A stretch of 63,469 bases of DNA, filler included, from Octopus bimaculoides (GCF_001194135.2; 6 parts of 5 records of this genome joined end to end with filler, not necessarily neighbours in it), one strand, 5' to 3'. Positions 22,877 to 37,761 are shown, counted from the first letter of the whole stretch. The notes: generated from the letters alone by a model not told the origin. Translations and numbers: made by a program.

Positions 22877-25479
22877 AGACAAAAATAAAATCAATACATT
22901 AACGAATGTACGAAGATTCATAAACAGTAAAAGCGATCCGAGAATGAGAAATAAAACAACTCATACAAAGAATGCACACTGGAAATAAAATAATAACCAG
23001 TCGCACACATGAATGATGAGCCCTAGAAGACATAAAAATAACTCAACAAGTATGACTATGCATAAAGAAGAAATTTTGCAACACAATGAAAATAGCAGAA
23101 CTGAACCGATCACCCACGAAAGAGGACGAGTCTTTGTAGATAGAGTAAGAATATAGTAAAAATATCTACATGAGAATGAGGACGATATGAGCGCCTCACT
23201 TCAGAGACCATTCAAATTCAGAGCTAAGACAAAGGTGTGTGTGTGTGTGTGCGCATAACAATAGAATAATAATAAAGAATAATCAAACTAGAACAATGTT
23301 AATTACATCATCGTAATATATTTGTAAAATATGAAGAAACAGTAAGTCCAAATGCAATAAGGCACCCCAGGGATTATTTTCAGGAATTATTTCCACAAAT
23401 GCAAAACTTAATGTAAATGTGATAAGGTATTGCAGTATGTACACCGCTCAAATAGAGCAGTCTCAATTTTAAGATAATATGTCAATGTAGCCATGGGAGA
23501 AACGAAATCATTAATAAAATTAAAATCAAACAGAAGATAATAAGAAAAAAACATAACCCTATAGGGAGAGGAATTGGGACATTTCTTATCTCTCCTCTCC
23601 TGTCTAGCTTTGAGTCCGCTAACAAATCTATTGGATAATACCAATAGTGTTTGCAATTAATGAAGAGAAATTATAAGTCAAATCTTCTATGGCGATGTGA
23701 AATTCTTAGAATTCACAAATATAGAGAACCTACTAAAAAATGTACATGATTCGTCAGTGATATCAAAATTCGTCAGTGATATCAAAATCAGTGCGGATTA
23801 GATAAATGACTCAGAGCTATTCTAAACGAGAGGTAAATCAATTTGAAAAATCAAGTTTGTTCCAAACACTTATATCAGAAGAGCGAATATATTGTGCAGA
23901 TTGGGATTTGAAGGAATAGATAAGGCATTGCATAAGAAAGGAAAGAGAAAATTAGTAGTAGGCTATTTCATATGACTCTGAATCGTTTTATAACAAACAG
24001 AACAGAATGTCAGAAATAGATTGCATGTATAACTACAACAACTATGCCAATTATGAACTATAGCCTTAACGTAGGTTAGAATTTGAATGAACTCATGACT
24101 CAAAATAGAAAAACCAGGCAACTATTCACTGCAGTCTGAAACTACTGACCCAAATCTGGTGTGTGTGTGTGTGTGTATGTATATATNNNNNNNNNNNNNN
24201 NNNNNNNNNNNNNNNNNNNNNNNNNNNNNNNNNNNNNNNNNNNNNNNNNNNNNNNNNNNNNNNNNNNNNNNNNNNNNNNNNNNNNNNNNNNNNNNNNNNN
24301 NNNNNNNNNNNNNNNNNNNNNNNNNNNNNNATATATATATATATATATACCATACATACATACATACGATATATACAAAGAAAAGGGTTTTAATTAAAAT
24401 AGCGAGCTTTTATAAAATAAACACATTGATTTTAGAAAAAAATACTTAAGAAGTAACAAAAGTAGACTAAATACATTTTCCCAGCGCATTAATTTAAATA
24501 ATATTATTAGTGAATAATTTACCGTCAAAGATATTCTGTAAAGCATCCTTAAGCACACCTAAATCAATGCTTCGCTGACGATGCTTAATAAGACAGAAGG
24601 AGGTAAGGAGTTACCGCCCTACTTCTCAAATATAAAACTTATTATTGCTTGTTCTCATCCATGTAATCATTTTGGGGTTTGTGAGTTACCTCCCTTGCCT
24701 TTGTAGATGAAAATTTTCATTAAAGCTAATAACTTTACTCTTCAGCAGGGGTGTAATTTTAATTCGTTAATACATTTTTGTGTCAGTACATAATATAAAG
24801 AAGAAACATAAATAAAGGAAAAAATCGATATAAACTAAAATTATACTGAAGTACCACGGAAGTTTAGATATGGACGAAAACAAAAACCGAAAAGAGAGGA
24901 GAAAACGGCAACTAGAAACAAAAGACAGAATCATTTGAAATTCCAAGCATTCTAGAGTAAAATTAAGAGAAAAATACCCTAAATAATAAAACTGGCTGTG
25001 AGGTTCAAAAGGTCTGGGTTAAAGGTATGAAGATTGGGAAGAAATGTGGAGATTCGTTGAGCATGATGGCACTGCCGTTAATTGTTTTGGCAAAGGCACA
25101 ACCATTTAACGGCATCGATTTAAAACTTGTTCTTAAACGTTTTCAAGATACCACCATTGATTTTTAGATCACACCTAGCGTCTCCCCATACACATATAGA
25201 ATGAGCAGATAACTGTTTCTTGGTATTAGGTCCACCGTCAATTTAAAGCGACAACTAGTCTAACCCTATAAACAAGACTTGTATGCCACAAATACAACTT
25301 TGGTAAAATAAACCTATTTACTAATATAAATGTAAATATACATCTCATCAATAACTATAGTGTCGTCATGGTGTTAATGGAGATGGATGTTCTTAGTGCA
25401 TGGATACCAGCTTCTCAACATCACGCAGGAAGGTACAAACAAAAAAATCTAGATAGGTATGTTCAGTAATTTCGTTCGT

Positions 25480-25900
25480 GTCCTTGAATGGAAAATAAAC
25501 AGGCTACTGCACCCAAGCTTTTGCGTACTAACTATGATGGTTGGAAAAGCAATGAAATATATCTTGACTTCATTCCAGAGTGCACGGCAGCGGCAAAAAT
25601 GGTTTGTCATAACAAAAAATCGTTATATGATTTTAAAAAACATTGGTCTCAGATCAATGTAATTTTACAGTGCAGTTATGTATTCCTCTACCGTACAAGT
25701 TTGCTCAAAGCAGATATCTAGAATTGGATTGAGTTCATATTCTGAGATATTAAGAAAAAAAAACCCTCCTGAAACGCAGTTTATCCAGATGTGCATAATA
25801 CACTTTAAAGGAAGCGTCTGGTATACTCTTTTCCTGCAACTTATAGAAGCTCGGGAATTGGAAGACGGCTTATGACACGCTGGAATAATTGTGACATGGA
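25480..25900 (+). mobile_element. Possible very old CR1/L2-type RT remnant
   Basis: IYLDF...VCHNK..MILKNIGL loosely resembles IYLDFxKAFDxVxHxxLLxKLxxxG. Heavily decayed. Confidence 0.25.
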
Positions 25901-26336
25901 TACAGACGTGGGCAGATTCTTAGCACAATATAGCCTATATNNNNNNNNNNNNNNNNNNNNNNNNNNNNNNNNNNNNNNNNNNNNNNNNNNNNNNNNNNNN
26001 NNNNNNNNNNNNNNNNNNNNNNNNNNNNNNNNNNNNNNNNNNNNNNNNNNNNNNNNNNNNNNNNNNNNNNNNNNNNNNNNNNNNNNNNNNNNNNNATATA
26101 TGTATATATGAATTAGAAACAGCTCGAGGTATATAAACAAAATCGAACATACATACGCAACATATATATACCATATGTATTTGTGCTCGCGTCTCAATAA
26201 ACCACAATTGTCCCTAAAAATTATTTTTTATATTTGCAACGGATTGCTTGAAGCTAACTTTCTTCCCACACCTCGATCCTTGTATCTTATATTTAAATAT
26301 GTGTGTGTGTGTGTGTGTGTGTTTGTCTGTATGTGC

Positions 26337-26380
<44 letters not shown>

Positions 26381-26999
26381 ATGAGTGTGTGTGTGCATAT
26401 GTGTGTGTAGGGTGTTCGGGCTAAATTACATGATGTTTTATACCTCCTGTTTTCGGAAACACCTTGAACAGTCTATGACATTGGAGAACATAAGAATTAA
26501 GATTGTAGTTGAGAGAAAGTTAGCTGACATGAAGGACTGTAACATTATGATTGGCGCCGAGTATAAAAACGCCGACATAATAATTAGCTCACAATGCTCT
26601 GTGAACATCGTAGATACTAACATGACATGGACACTTGGAAGCCATGACTAGCAAGAAAGGATACGATAGGCATTTTGACTGCGTTCGCACGCTGGAGTTC
26701 ATCCCCAAACCTTTAAACAGTGCATAAGCTCAATTCAGACGACAATGTGAAGATAATGGAGACTGTGGTCACTCTCTGGCTGGAAAGGGTTGCTGCTGGA
26801 AGGCTATATTTATGGCAGTAGGATTCGGCTCTTTGGCATACATCCGAAACGAGACAGAAGTGGCTGTCGGAGATTTCTACGACTCCGCCAGCCCAACTTC
26901 TGGCTTCCTAGTTTCTTTAACTGCAATCCCATATGTGGGGCGCGGTTCTGAAAGACACCAATCGCTTTGCTTGCAACAGCAAAGCCGTGCTGGTGTCTT

Positions 27000-27200
27000 T
27001 GTGCATGTGGTTGCCCCACCACCGTTTGAAAACCAGGGTTGTTTTGTTTAACTCCCCGTAACTTGACGGTTCACCAAAAGTGAACGATAAATAATTACCA
27101 GGATTAAAAATAATTACTCTGGGATCAGTTACTTCAACTAAAGCCTACAAGGTGGTGCCCCAGCATGGCTACGATCAATGACTGAAACGAGAAAAGTTAA
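27000..27200 (+). mobile_element. SINE family A-related 3' half (diverged subfamily)
   Basis: ccccaccaccgtttgaaaacc...ccccgtaacttgacggttc...ggtggtgccccagcatggctacgatcaatgactgaaac. Confidence 0.6.
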
Positions 27201-27230
27201 GAAATAATACATAGATACTCCGCCACATGC

Positions 27231-27289
<59 letters not shown>

Positions 27290-27290
27290 A

Positions 27291-27437
27291 GACGGGTTTC
27301 TTTCAATTTTCGTCCAGTAAATCCACTCACAAGGCTTTGGTTGGCCCTTGGCTATAATAAAAGACACTTGCCCTAGGTACCACGGAGTAGGACTAAGTCC
27401 GGAACCATGTGGTTGGGAAGCAAACGTCTTACTACAA
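27291..27437 (-). mobile_element. SINE family A, 5' half
   Basis: aaatccactcacaaggctttggttggccc...gacacttgccc...ggaaccatgtggttgggaagc. Confidence 0.8.
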
Positions 27438-28723
27438 ACCTATATAAACGTGTGTGTGTGTGTGTGTATATGTATAGGGATCTATATTGTTTTTATTGTA
27501 TTATCCTTATTATTATATATATATATCAATATATAATCGTATAATATATATGGCTATGCATACACACATATATACACGCACACACACACATATATAAATG
27601 TATATATGTATATCTACTCTCAACAAACTATCACATTCACAAAGCTGTACATACATTTCGTGTAAAGTTGACATCAAATTTTCCTGTACGTTGTTATTTA
27701 GTATTTCTTATCAGAAACGTGCATTTAGTATCTACCTTTGCATGGTTGTTGCTTCGGAAATGCTTGCTTATAGATATTCGCATGTTATCTTCACCTATTG
27801 TTAGATTTGTGTTATTATTTTATCTATTTTGTATGCATTTTCCTCCTGGTAATTTTATAACTTTCTAACTCTACTGTAAGATCACAAGTTGTAGGGGCAG
27901 CTTACTCTCCATTGAACTGACGTTAATATATTAGCATATATTATTAATTCTACACAGGAATGATGAGAGGCGAGACTAACCATATCGGAATTTAAACTGT
28001 GGATTTTAAAGGAAAGGGTTACATTCCACAAAATATTTACTCCAATACGCTTCCTTTTCTGTCAGTCTCTCTACGTTTTTATACATACCACTATCATATT
28101 CAAGAACGTCGGTTTTCGTGCTAAAATATTCTCAGCGTAGCTTAATGGAAACTGTACTACTTACTATTCCCATCTCAGTTATTATGGACTACGGTAAAGT
28201 GTTATAACAAACTATTAACAACGATGGACATTGTTAATATATAGGGACTGCTGATGTAGCAGTTACTAGATGCAAGCTACAAATTACATATAACACCTGA
28301 GATATGAGTCTCACTTTGTATCACAATGGTGATCTAGACCAAGAGATGAACGGAAGGCTCAGGCGAAAATGGAGATAAAGTGTATTAGCGTGAGGTTTAT
28401 TCTGTTAGACGTTTTCTACAGCAAACTATAATGTCGTATACGTTTGTTTTACAATAGCAGACATTTGCGGTTGCTATAAATTGTTTTGCATGTATTGAAT
28501 TTTGTTTGTAAAATGCATATGTTTCGAGTCTGTTATTATGTGTACATAATTGATGCTCAGTATATCAGATTACGCTCCATCTATCTATAGTTACTTTTAC
28601 AATCACTCACAATCAATTTAAAGATTATAAGTAAATAGATTTCAAATTTAGCTAGAATATATTATTTCTTTAAGAACGAAATGCTTGATTACTAAAGCAG
28701 AAATAATAATAATAATAATAATA

Positions 28724-28772
<49 letters not shown>

Positions 28773-28853
28773 TGATGATGATAATAATGATAATGATATT
28801 AATAAAAATTGTTGAAAAGAAATGTTCTCTTTCTCATGACAAAAGAACGTATG

Positions 28854-28891
<38 letters not shown>

Positions 28892-29205
28892 CGTGAATGT
28901 GTTTGTGATTGTGTGTGTTTCGATGAATGTCGGTAATTATTGTAGAAATGAAGTGATGTGAACAAATATGTATTTAAAGGAAAAATTGAAAAAGAGAGAA
29001 AAAAGACATGAAAATTTCTTGAAGAAATAATTGTTTGGGGGAGCATTGGTAAACATCTGTCCGAATGTTGCTGTTTTTACGTCTCTTCTAAGACTGCTAC
29101 GATGATCTGAATTTCTTATTTGTTCAAATACATACATATATATATATACACAAACACAAACACACTCACACATGCTTGTATATGAATACATATATATACA
29201 TATGA

Positions 29206-29249
<44 letters not shown>

Positions 29250-30519
29250 TTGATATATATGTATGTATGTATATATACGTGTTTGTGTGTGTACACACAC
29301 ATGCACATACACACACACGTTTGTATGTATATATGACTTCAGAAAAGAATCTTTACCAAAAGCAAACAATAAACATCAATAAAAAACATTTAGTACTTAG
29401 TTATCTATTTTTATTTCTTTCCAAGTTCATTCAATTATTTTGCACATTTCTTTTTATAGTAGCCCTTCCCTCTACTTTATAATCTTGGACCTCTAGAAAT
29501 ACCAAAATTCTCAGAGATACTCTTTTGATTGTGTCCACACCATTTACAATATTTTTTTTTTCATTGACGACATTATCATCAATAACAATCTCCATTTTGC
29601 TTCTCTCAAACCGTCGTCTTTAACTCTTGTCTTCTATGTTTCCCCTCGATCGAAAACCATATACAATTGTATATAATACACACATAAAGAAGAAAAGAAG
29701 CGGGCAAATGCTAAAGAGAACGATAGAGCAGCAACGATTAAAATACTAGCTGGAGGTTCATGAATGAGTGAACTATTTTCTTTATTCTATTTTATAATTT
29801 GAATCTTCTTCAATCTTACTCGCATCTGTTTTGATGTTTCCAAATTTAATTAATCTGCTATTTTGGTCTTCTATTTAATCTATTTTCTTTAAATGAATTT
29901 TATCTGAAATGAAGTTGACCCTTTTCTGTTTTTTATACGATCATTCTAATTTATTCGCCCACTCCCGCACTACTTGTGTTTTTTTCATTAATTTCCTACG
30001 ATCTGTTAAAACATAAAGTATGTCACATGTTCGTGAAGGTATTCATCTCGTATTTTGTTGTCAATATAGTGCATTGAAATAAAGTGACATAAAATATTTA
30101 ATAAAGATTGGTACAGGGTTACACATTATTAATAATTGAATCAACCCTAATACATGACTGGTACTTATGACACTCCAAGGGTGGAGACGAACAAATTATG
30201 TCGGTACCTACTGTGATCTGAAGACACAAACGTAAAGAACACAACAATGATGAATTTTAGATGCCTCTGTGTCTGGTGTTGATTTCTGATCGATGTTGTC
30301 AAATAACTCCAGACTTTGATAGAGAAAAGCAGTTATATGTCCAGTACTCGAATGGTACTTATTTTAGAATAAGTATCAGAATAAATGTGTGTCATGATTA
30401 AATTTGGCGGGGTTTGAAACCAGGACTTAAAGAGATGTAACTAAATGTAGGCATTTAGTTCAGTAATCAACCTTTAACGACACTCACCTACTCTCCCGTA
30501 CTTTGACGATGTTAAATAT

Positions 30520-30735
30520 CCTTTCTACTAGAAGTACAAGGACTCAAATTTGGGAGAAGGGATTAAGTCGATTACATCGACCCCAGTGCGTAACTGGTAC
30601 TTACTTTTTCGACCCTGAAAGGATGAAAGGCAAAGTCGACCTCGGCGGAAATCGAATTCAGAACGTTACAGCAGACGAAATACCACTAAGCATTTCGCCC
30701 AGCATGCTAACGATACTGACAGCTCGCTGCCTTGA
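30520..30735 (-). mobile_element. SINE family B, full length (an older decayed copy lies at about 30330-30490)
   Basis: gtcgattacatcgaccccagtgcgtaactggtactt...gaaaggatgaaaggcaaagtcgacctcggcgg...ctaagcatttcgcccagcatgctaacgat. Confidence 0.85.
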
Positions 30736-32805
30736 CGATACTAAATACCTACAACTATACTACAAAATGAACACATTCGTCGTGAAAAATCATAGATAAG
30801 TTAATTTACGGCAATGCATGACCCCGAAATAATTTTGGCATAGGGCCAAATTAAACTCAGAATAATGAAAAGCAAAACCAGAGGCAATTGAACCCAGAAC
30901 AGAAATTTAAAAAATGTATAACTACATACTACAAAACAGATAGCCTGGGTCTTAACCGTTTTAGCTTGTGACTTTCTTGAAAGCTTCTGTTTACATTAAA
31001 GCAAAACAAAGTAGATTGGAACGGCACGTATGGGAGACTGCCGAGTTAAGCACTTCATAGTATTTTGTTTAGTCTCAAGACTTTCTGCGTTCTACATTCT
31101 ACTGAGTAATTCTTCAGTTTCATGCATTTAGAGGAAATAATATATAAAAAAGAAGCTGGTTTCTACAAGGGACGATTCACTCACCTCAGCCCATAACGTA
31201 AGGTTTGTGATTTTATTTGGATGCGCGGAATCAATAATAAGTCTACATCTCTTATGCTTTTATACTAATCTTTAAGAAGTTCAAATAAAGAGCGTTAAAT
31301 CTAGACGCAGTCACTAACAGGTTTGACTAAATTACATAATTTTTGATAGATTATCATCGAAGTCTCAATGATGCATTACTTACTGCATCAGGCAAAACTT
31401 AAAGTTCTTTTTGAAAACTTGCCAAAAAAGAAAATGTCGAAATGGAAAACTGAAAACTGATCAAATGTTCAGCTGCAGTTACATAAAGATGGAGTTATGA
31501 CAAATATCTGTCCTTGATTTCTATAATGAAACAATAGCAAGGAAAAAATTTCGTAAAAGCTGACGAGACAACATTTTTATTTTTAGAAGATATAAAATGC
31601 TGACAATCGTTCTAATCGTAATGTCATGGAATTTTCAATAAAAATATGACATAACGTAGCAAAAGTGACACAGTCGAGAGGTGATACATAGACAGAAAGA
31701 TGAGGGTTGGTATAAAGTAGATGAAGAAAAAGAGAAAAATGAAGTGTGAAGAAAGAGATAAAAATATAAGAAAGATAAAAAGAGATAAATAAAAAGGAAA
31801 TTAAAGAAGAGAAAAGAACGATGGCGAGTAAGAGTAATTGAAGAGTAGAGTGAGAGCAATTGTAGGACAGTAGCAGATTTCAAAGACAACCAACTGTTGA
31901 AGGTAGAAAGCAAGAAACTGAAAACAGTCTATATTGAAAATATCGATTGCACGTGTGATGTCTGTGGCCTTCATGTATTTTTCAACTGTAATAGTTTCTT
32001 AATAAGAACATAATTTGCCTCGCAGACTTGTCTCCTAAGGAATTTTGTTCTTACTGTAAAGACTAGAGTAAATGACTCATCCATTACTGGCACTATAAGC
32101 CAAATATGAAGATATTGGGCTGAAGAAATTTATCACAAATATCAAGACAAAACTGCAAAACAGTATACATACTTTGATACGAGAAAGAGCAGAAACACAC
32201 GTTCATCTATAGTAATAAATGTAAAACCTCTCTCCTTGGTCTAAGAATTTTTGGAAAGAATCATTCGGATTAAATAAATATATGTCAACGCGGAATATGA
32301 AAACATTTCTACTCAAAATAGTACTCTCATAAAAGAAGTTACCATCAAGGATATTGTCATGGTTTGAGCTAGAATCTCAACTTGGTCTCTGTAAATTGAG
32401 GATTGAAGTTGCAATGTTTTTGTATTGATCTAATACGGATTCCAACCCAAATTCCAAGAGAAATAGACTATTTTTCAAAATAATCATTTAACCATGTTTC
32501 ATAATTTATGAAAATGTTTTCTAAGAAATTTTTGTTTAATTTCGTTTCTCTATTACACTTACGTAAGATCTCAGATTTAGCTTCAATATTTATCTACTGT
32601 AATAAATTGTTTGAAGAATTGATATTTTATCGACATTTTAACCTGTACTTTGTAGCAAATTTCTTTATGCAAAACATGAATATATCATATACGTATCTGA
32701 GTTGAGATATATCACTTCCAAATATAAACTACCAATTTGTATAATAACGAAATCATGTTTGATAAAACTTATCTAAATCACGAAACTTTTTCTTTTTCAT
32801 TTCAG

Positions 32806-32820
32806 CAGATTATATCGTTG
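32806..32820 (+). other. Candidate 15-nt (or 12-nt via NAGNAG) microexon
   Basis: tttttctttttcatttcag|cagattatatcgttg|gtaagg. No AG for about 97 nt upstream, frame-preserving length, and a repeat-free setting. Confidence 0.35.
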
Positions 32821-33873
32821 GTAAGGTTTTAAAGAGAATCTGTGGCTAGTATTGCTGAAGCATTGGCACCACAAATAACATAAAAGTTTATCATCATCTT
32901 TGATCCTTGTAATACAACAGTTTTACATTATTCATTATTCCTAGTCTTCCTCAAAGAATTTTCACGTCTTTATTAAAATAACGGATTTGTCCTTAAAAGT
33001 GTGAATGCGAAAAAGACCCAATTTGGTACAAACTGCATTGGATATTAGACAGGTTAGGAATAAACAAACATTCAAATCTCTTCCTCAATAGAATTATTAT
33101 TAACAATAGTAACACCGATATCAGGCTTACGGTTTTCCTATTTCAAATCTGGCGAGCAAACGACATAGATTCTTTATTGGTTTGTTGGCTCGTCGGTTCG
33201 TTGGTATACAGGTTGTTAACAAAGCTATGCACATAAACCTCACCACAGTTTACGTTGTCACTCAATATATTTCTCAACATTATCATGACAGTAATTTCAC
33301 TTGGTCTATTAACAACATATATATGACATTGAGCAGCTGAGAGAAACAGATATATGTCATACTACTGTTTAATCTATTTTAAAACACTATCAGTGAAATG
33401 TCAGTTCGTAGAGATCAGGTATAACTTACGTGAGCATTCAAGCATCACTAAGGAATATCCCAATAGTAGTTCGTTAACACTATATTAGTAGCGTTTTTTA
33501 TTAGTGTTAGCGACCTTAGCATACACTAAAGTATCAACACGTATATATATTATATATATATATAGAGAGAAAGAGAGCGGGATTGAGAGTATATGAGAGA
33601 GAACAGAGTGAGAAAGTGAGAGGGAGACAAAATAACCTAGATATTGTGGATTTGATCGATGTAATTTGGAATCACACAAGTAAAAAGATACAAATATGAG
33701 AATAATATTGTAAACATTATCGATATATGCAACTGAATACAAATACGCAAACGTAGATATATACGCATCCATGTCTATAAAACCGTTTGTCTGTTTCAAA
33801 TAAGTCTTCATCTATCTCTGTCTATTTGTCGGCCTGTCTACCTATCACTCTATCTATCTCTCCTCCTATCTCT

Positions 33874-33925
<52 letters not shown>

Positions 33926-34025
33926 NNNNNNNNNNNNNNNNNNNNNNNNNNNNNNNNNNNNNNNNNNNNTTAATTAATTAANNNNNNNNNNNNNNNNNNN
34001 NNNNNNNNNNNNNNNNNNNNNNNNN

Positions 34026-34061
34026 TGTGAGTGGATTTGGTAGACGGAAACTCAAAGAAGC

Positions 34062-34098
<37 letters not shown>

Positions 34099-34313
34099 AT
34101 ATGTTTGTGTGCCTGTGTTTGTTCCACCCACCATCACTTGACAATCGATGTTGGTGTGTTTACGTCCCCGCAACGGAGTGGTTCGGCAAAAGCGACCGAT
34201 AGACTAAGTACTAGGCTTACAAAGAATAAGTATTGGGGTCGATTTGTTCGACTAAAGGCGGTGCTCCAGCATGGCCGCAGTCAAATGACTGAAACAGATA
34301 AAAGAATAAAAGA
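34026..34313 (+). mobile_element. SINE family A (5' end lost in gap)
   Basis: tgtgagtggatttggtagacggaaact...ggcggtgctccagcatggccgcagtcaaatgactgaaac. Confidence 0.88.
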
Positions 34314-34494
34314 TTAAAAGAATAACATTCTTTATCGAACAAGTAAAGTCAATGCGAAGAACACGTATTCTTGTCATATGGTATTTTTCGTCTGAGGTAA
34401 ATTGCTTTTTAGGGTGAAGAATGCAAATTCTTTTTAGGGAGAACATCAACTCTGCGCGGCTTTGTCTACAGTTCATCGGTCTTTCTTCTGCACG

Positions 34495-34612
34495 TAGGGC
34501 CGGCTCAAGGTACCGACAACTGGTACTTAATTAATCAACCCCAAAAGGATTAAAGTCAAATGTGACCTCGGCGGATTTCGAACTCAGAAACGTTAAGACG
34601 GACGAATAAGAC
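34495..34612 (-). mobile_element. SINE family B fragment
   Basis: aactggtactt...caaccccaaaaggat...gacctcggcggatttcgaactcagaaacg. Confidence 0.65.
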
Positions 34613-34790
34613 GAAGAAAGACTTTGACGATGATGGTGATGGTGGTGACTTGAAGGAACGGAACAGTGGATTCGACATTGCTGCTATTTGATCTCAGTCT
34701 GCAAAGAGTTCAATAACAAAAAAAAACAAAAAAACTGGTACGCCTATTGGCGCTTGTGTGGGTGAGCGTGTTTGCATGTTTGTGTGTGTG

Positions 34791-34829
<39 letters not shown>

Positions 34830-35053
34830 CGACGACGACGACAGCAGAAGTAGCAGCAGCAGCAGCAGCAGCAATTTCAGGAACAAAATCTCCTAAATAT
34901 AATACATTCTATAGAGACAAGAATGGTAACAGACATGAAAAAAGACATCAACAAGTAGTTGAGAATCGAGGATAATTAATTAAGAAAGCTATAATTAAAA
35001 GTGCGTCAACATTAGCAATAGAAACGGTAACAACTGAAACAACAACAACATTG

Positions 35054-35122
<69 letters not shown>

Positions 35123-35349
35123 GGGAGCAAAAATCTCGAGAAGTACGTGGAACAAATAGGGGCTGCAAATAGGGGCGGAGAACTTGTAGAAAACAGCACT
35201 GCTTGGAACCACCCGAATACTCCGGAAGGTGCTCGAAAAATAAGAGGTGTTACCTTAGTTCACTGGTAGTGAACAGCTGACACCGTAGTACATCTCCAGC
35301 GTTAGAAGCTTTGCAAAGACAATAATAATAAAATTAATAATAATAATAC

Positions 35350-35670
35350 TCTTTTCAAATTTCGGCAGAAGGCCATCAATTTCGTGAGAGGGGACAAGTC
35401 GATTACATCGACCCAGGGACTGAATTAGTACTTATTTTATCGACCCTAAAATGATGAAATGTAAAGGTGACCTGAGCGGAATTTTGAAGTCAGAACGTAA
35501 AGACGGACGAAATGTCTCCAAAGGTAATTGCTACAAATTTTGGCTCAAGGTCAACAGTTTTAGTGGAAGGGGATAATCCGTTACCCTGGGACTTGACCAG
35601 TAGATTTTTTTATCGAAGCCGAAGGGTTGAAAGGCAAAAGTGACATTGGCTGGATTTGAATTTACAACGA
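35350..35670 (-). mobile_element. Two tandem SINE family B fragments
   Basis: gtcgattacatcgaccc...tacttattttatcgaccc...cagaacgtaaagacggacgaaatg, then a second decayed copy from about 35530. Confidence 0.65.
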
Positions 35671-35754
35671 AGGGAACCGGAAGCAACACCTCTAAACATC
35701 AACAACAGCATACTTGCTCTACAAAATCGAAAGAAGATGAAGACATAGAAAGGG

Positions 35755-36105
35755 CAGAAGAAGAAGAAGAAGAAGAAGAAGAAGAAGAAGAAGAAGAAGA
35801 AGAAGAAGAAGAAGAAGATGACGATGATGATGATGATGAAGATGATGATGATGATGATGATGATGCAGAAGAAGAAGAAAATGATGATGACGATGATGAT
35901 GATGATGGTAATGATTATGCGGAGGAGGAAGAAGAAGAGGAAGAACGGAAAGGTAGAAATTAAGAATAAAAGACGAAAAAAGAAACTGAAGAAAAAGAAT
36001 AAGGGGGGAGATGAAGGCGGAATGGAAGATGAAGGAGGAGGAGGGGAGGAGGAGGAGCAAGAAAAGAAGAAGAAGAAGAAGAAAAAACAACAACAACAAC
36101 TATAA
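35755..36105. repeat. Compound (GAA)n/(GAT)n/(GGA)n trinucleotide tract
   Basis: Read directly. It explains the poly-E/D ORF in the track. Confidence 0.92.
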
Positions 36106-36820
36106 CAAAGCAACACCATCACCGACGGAAACAACGACCATAGCAAGGACAATACTAGCGGCGCATGCGCTGCTTAACTTTCAAGACGCATACTCCATTA
36201 GGATTTGATCATTGGCGTGTTTCATACGCTAGACTTCTCGCAAGTGCTGACGTCACTATTAGATTTAAAACGTGTCTGCCGTTCTGTTGAAGGACTTCTA
36301 GTTTCAAGTACTCTCTTAAGCACAATAGCTTTCTCTTCGAACTTTTGAAAGCTTCTCAACAGAATCTCAGTGTTCTTCAAATATCTTCACGCTGGTCTGT
36401 ACCAACCCGCACCTTGTCTCGTTGTTATTTTGGTTGCTTAAAATGTCTCACAGTGATTGAAACGGAATCCGTTCTATGTATGCATGTATGTGTGTATGTA
36501 TGTATGTATGTACGTATGTATGTATGTCTGTATGTATGTATGTATGTATATATGTACGTATGCATGCATGTATATATGTATGCACGTACGTACGTAGTAC
36601 GTATATATATATATATATATATATATNNNNNNNNNNNNNNNNNNNNNNNNNNNNNNNNNNNNNNNNNNNNNNNNNNNNNNNNNNNNNNNNNNNNNNNNNN
36701 NNNNNNNNNNNNNNNNNNNNNNNNNNNNNNNNNNNNNNNNTATATATATGTATATCGGTATGTATGTATTACGTACGTACGTATGTTTATATATCTTTCT
36801 CTCTATGCTTTCTCATCCCT

Positions 36821-36864
<44 letters not shown>

Positions 36865-37319
36865 TCTCTCTCTCTGTATCACTTTCTCTCTGTATATATG
36901 CAAAGATATAAATATATATTTGGGGAATGAGGCATCTTTGCGTTGCATTTAAGCGCTACCTGTTTGGCGTTGGTTATTCAACGTTGACTTACTTGACATT
37001 GGACGTTTTTTTTTCCCCAATACCTTTTTGCACCTCGAAGATTTTGTTTTTAATTCTTGGTACCAACTGTTTTGGGATCATAGCAACGAAACTACGCGGC
37101 TACTAAATTTCGGTTCGCTTTCAGCTTCACTTTATTTATGTATGATGACCGGTGAAATATTGTCACGAAATATTGTCATGGAAAAGAAAACTTTTCTCAT
37201 TATACCTTTCGCTTCATCTTTTACAAAATAGAATTGACAGCGAGTTTAGATTTTGGTACAGAGAGTAGAAAAGTCAAAGAATGAAAAAGAAACTCAGAGA
37301 CATTAAGATGTATTAAATG

Positions 37320-37717
37320 ATCCAATTGCCACACACACACATATACACACACACACATGCACGCATGCACACACATGCACACACACTCACTTATACACAC
37401 GCACATACTCATTCATACACTCACTCATTCATATACACACACAAACATACAGTCACTCACTCGTACACACACACACACACTCACTCACTCACTCATACAC
37501 ACACACGCTCACTGACTCATACACACACACACGCTCACACACATACACTCACTGATACACATACACACACAAACACTCTCATTCACTCATACACACACGC
37601 ACATACACACACACTGATACACATACATACACAAACACTAATTCACTCACAGACACACACATACACGCACAAACACACTCATTCACTCACACACTCATTC
37701 ACTCACACAGACACACA

Positions 37718-37761
<44 letters not shown>
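37320..37761. repeat. Degenerate (CA)n/(CACT)n satellite running into an 880-nt gap
   Basis: Read directly. Confidence 0.92.

Noticed and set aside
26700-27051. GC-richer block with short ORFs
   Set aside because: No recognisable protein motif, and the 3' part is a SINE A-related fragment.
28290-28380. NGDLDQEMNGRLRRKW, a faint RTE-like peptide
   Set aside because: Too short and decayed to call.
35640-35963. 107-aa acidic poly-E/D ORF
   Set aside because: Made of (GAA)n/(GAT)n microsatellites, and it starts inside a SINE fragment. No domain or splice support.
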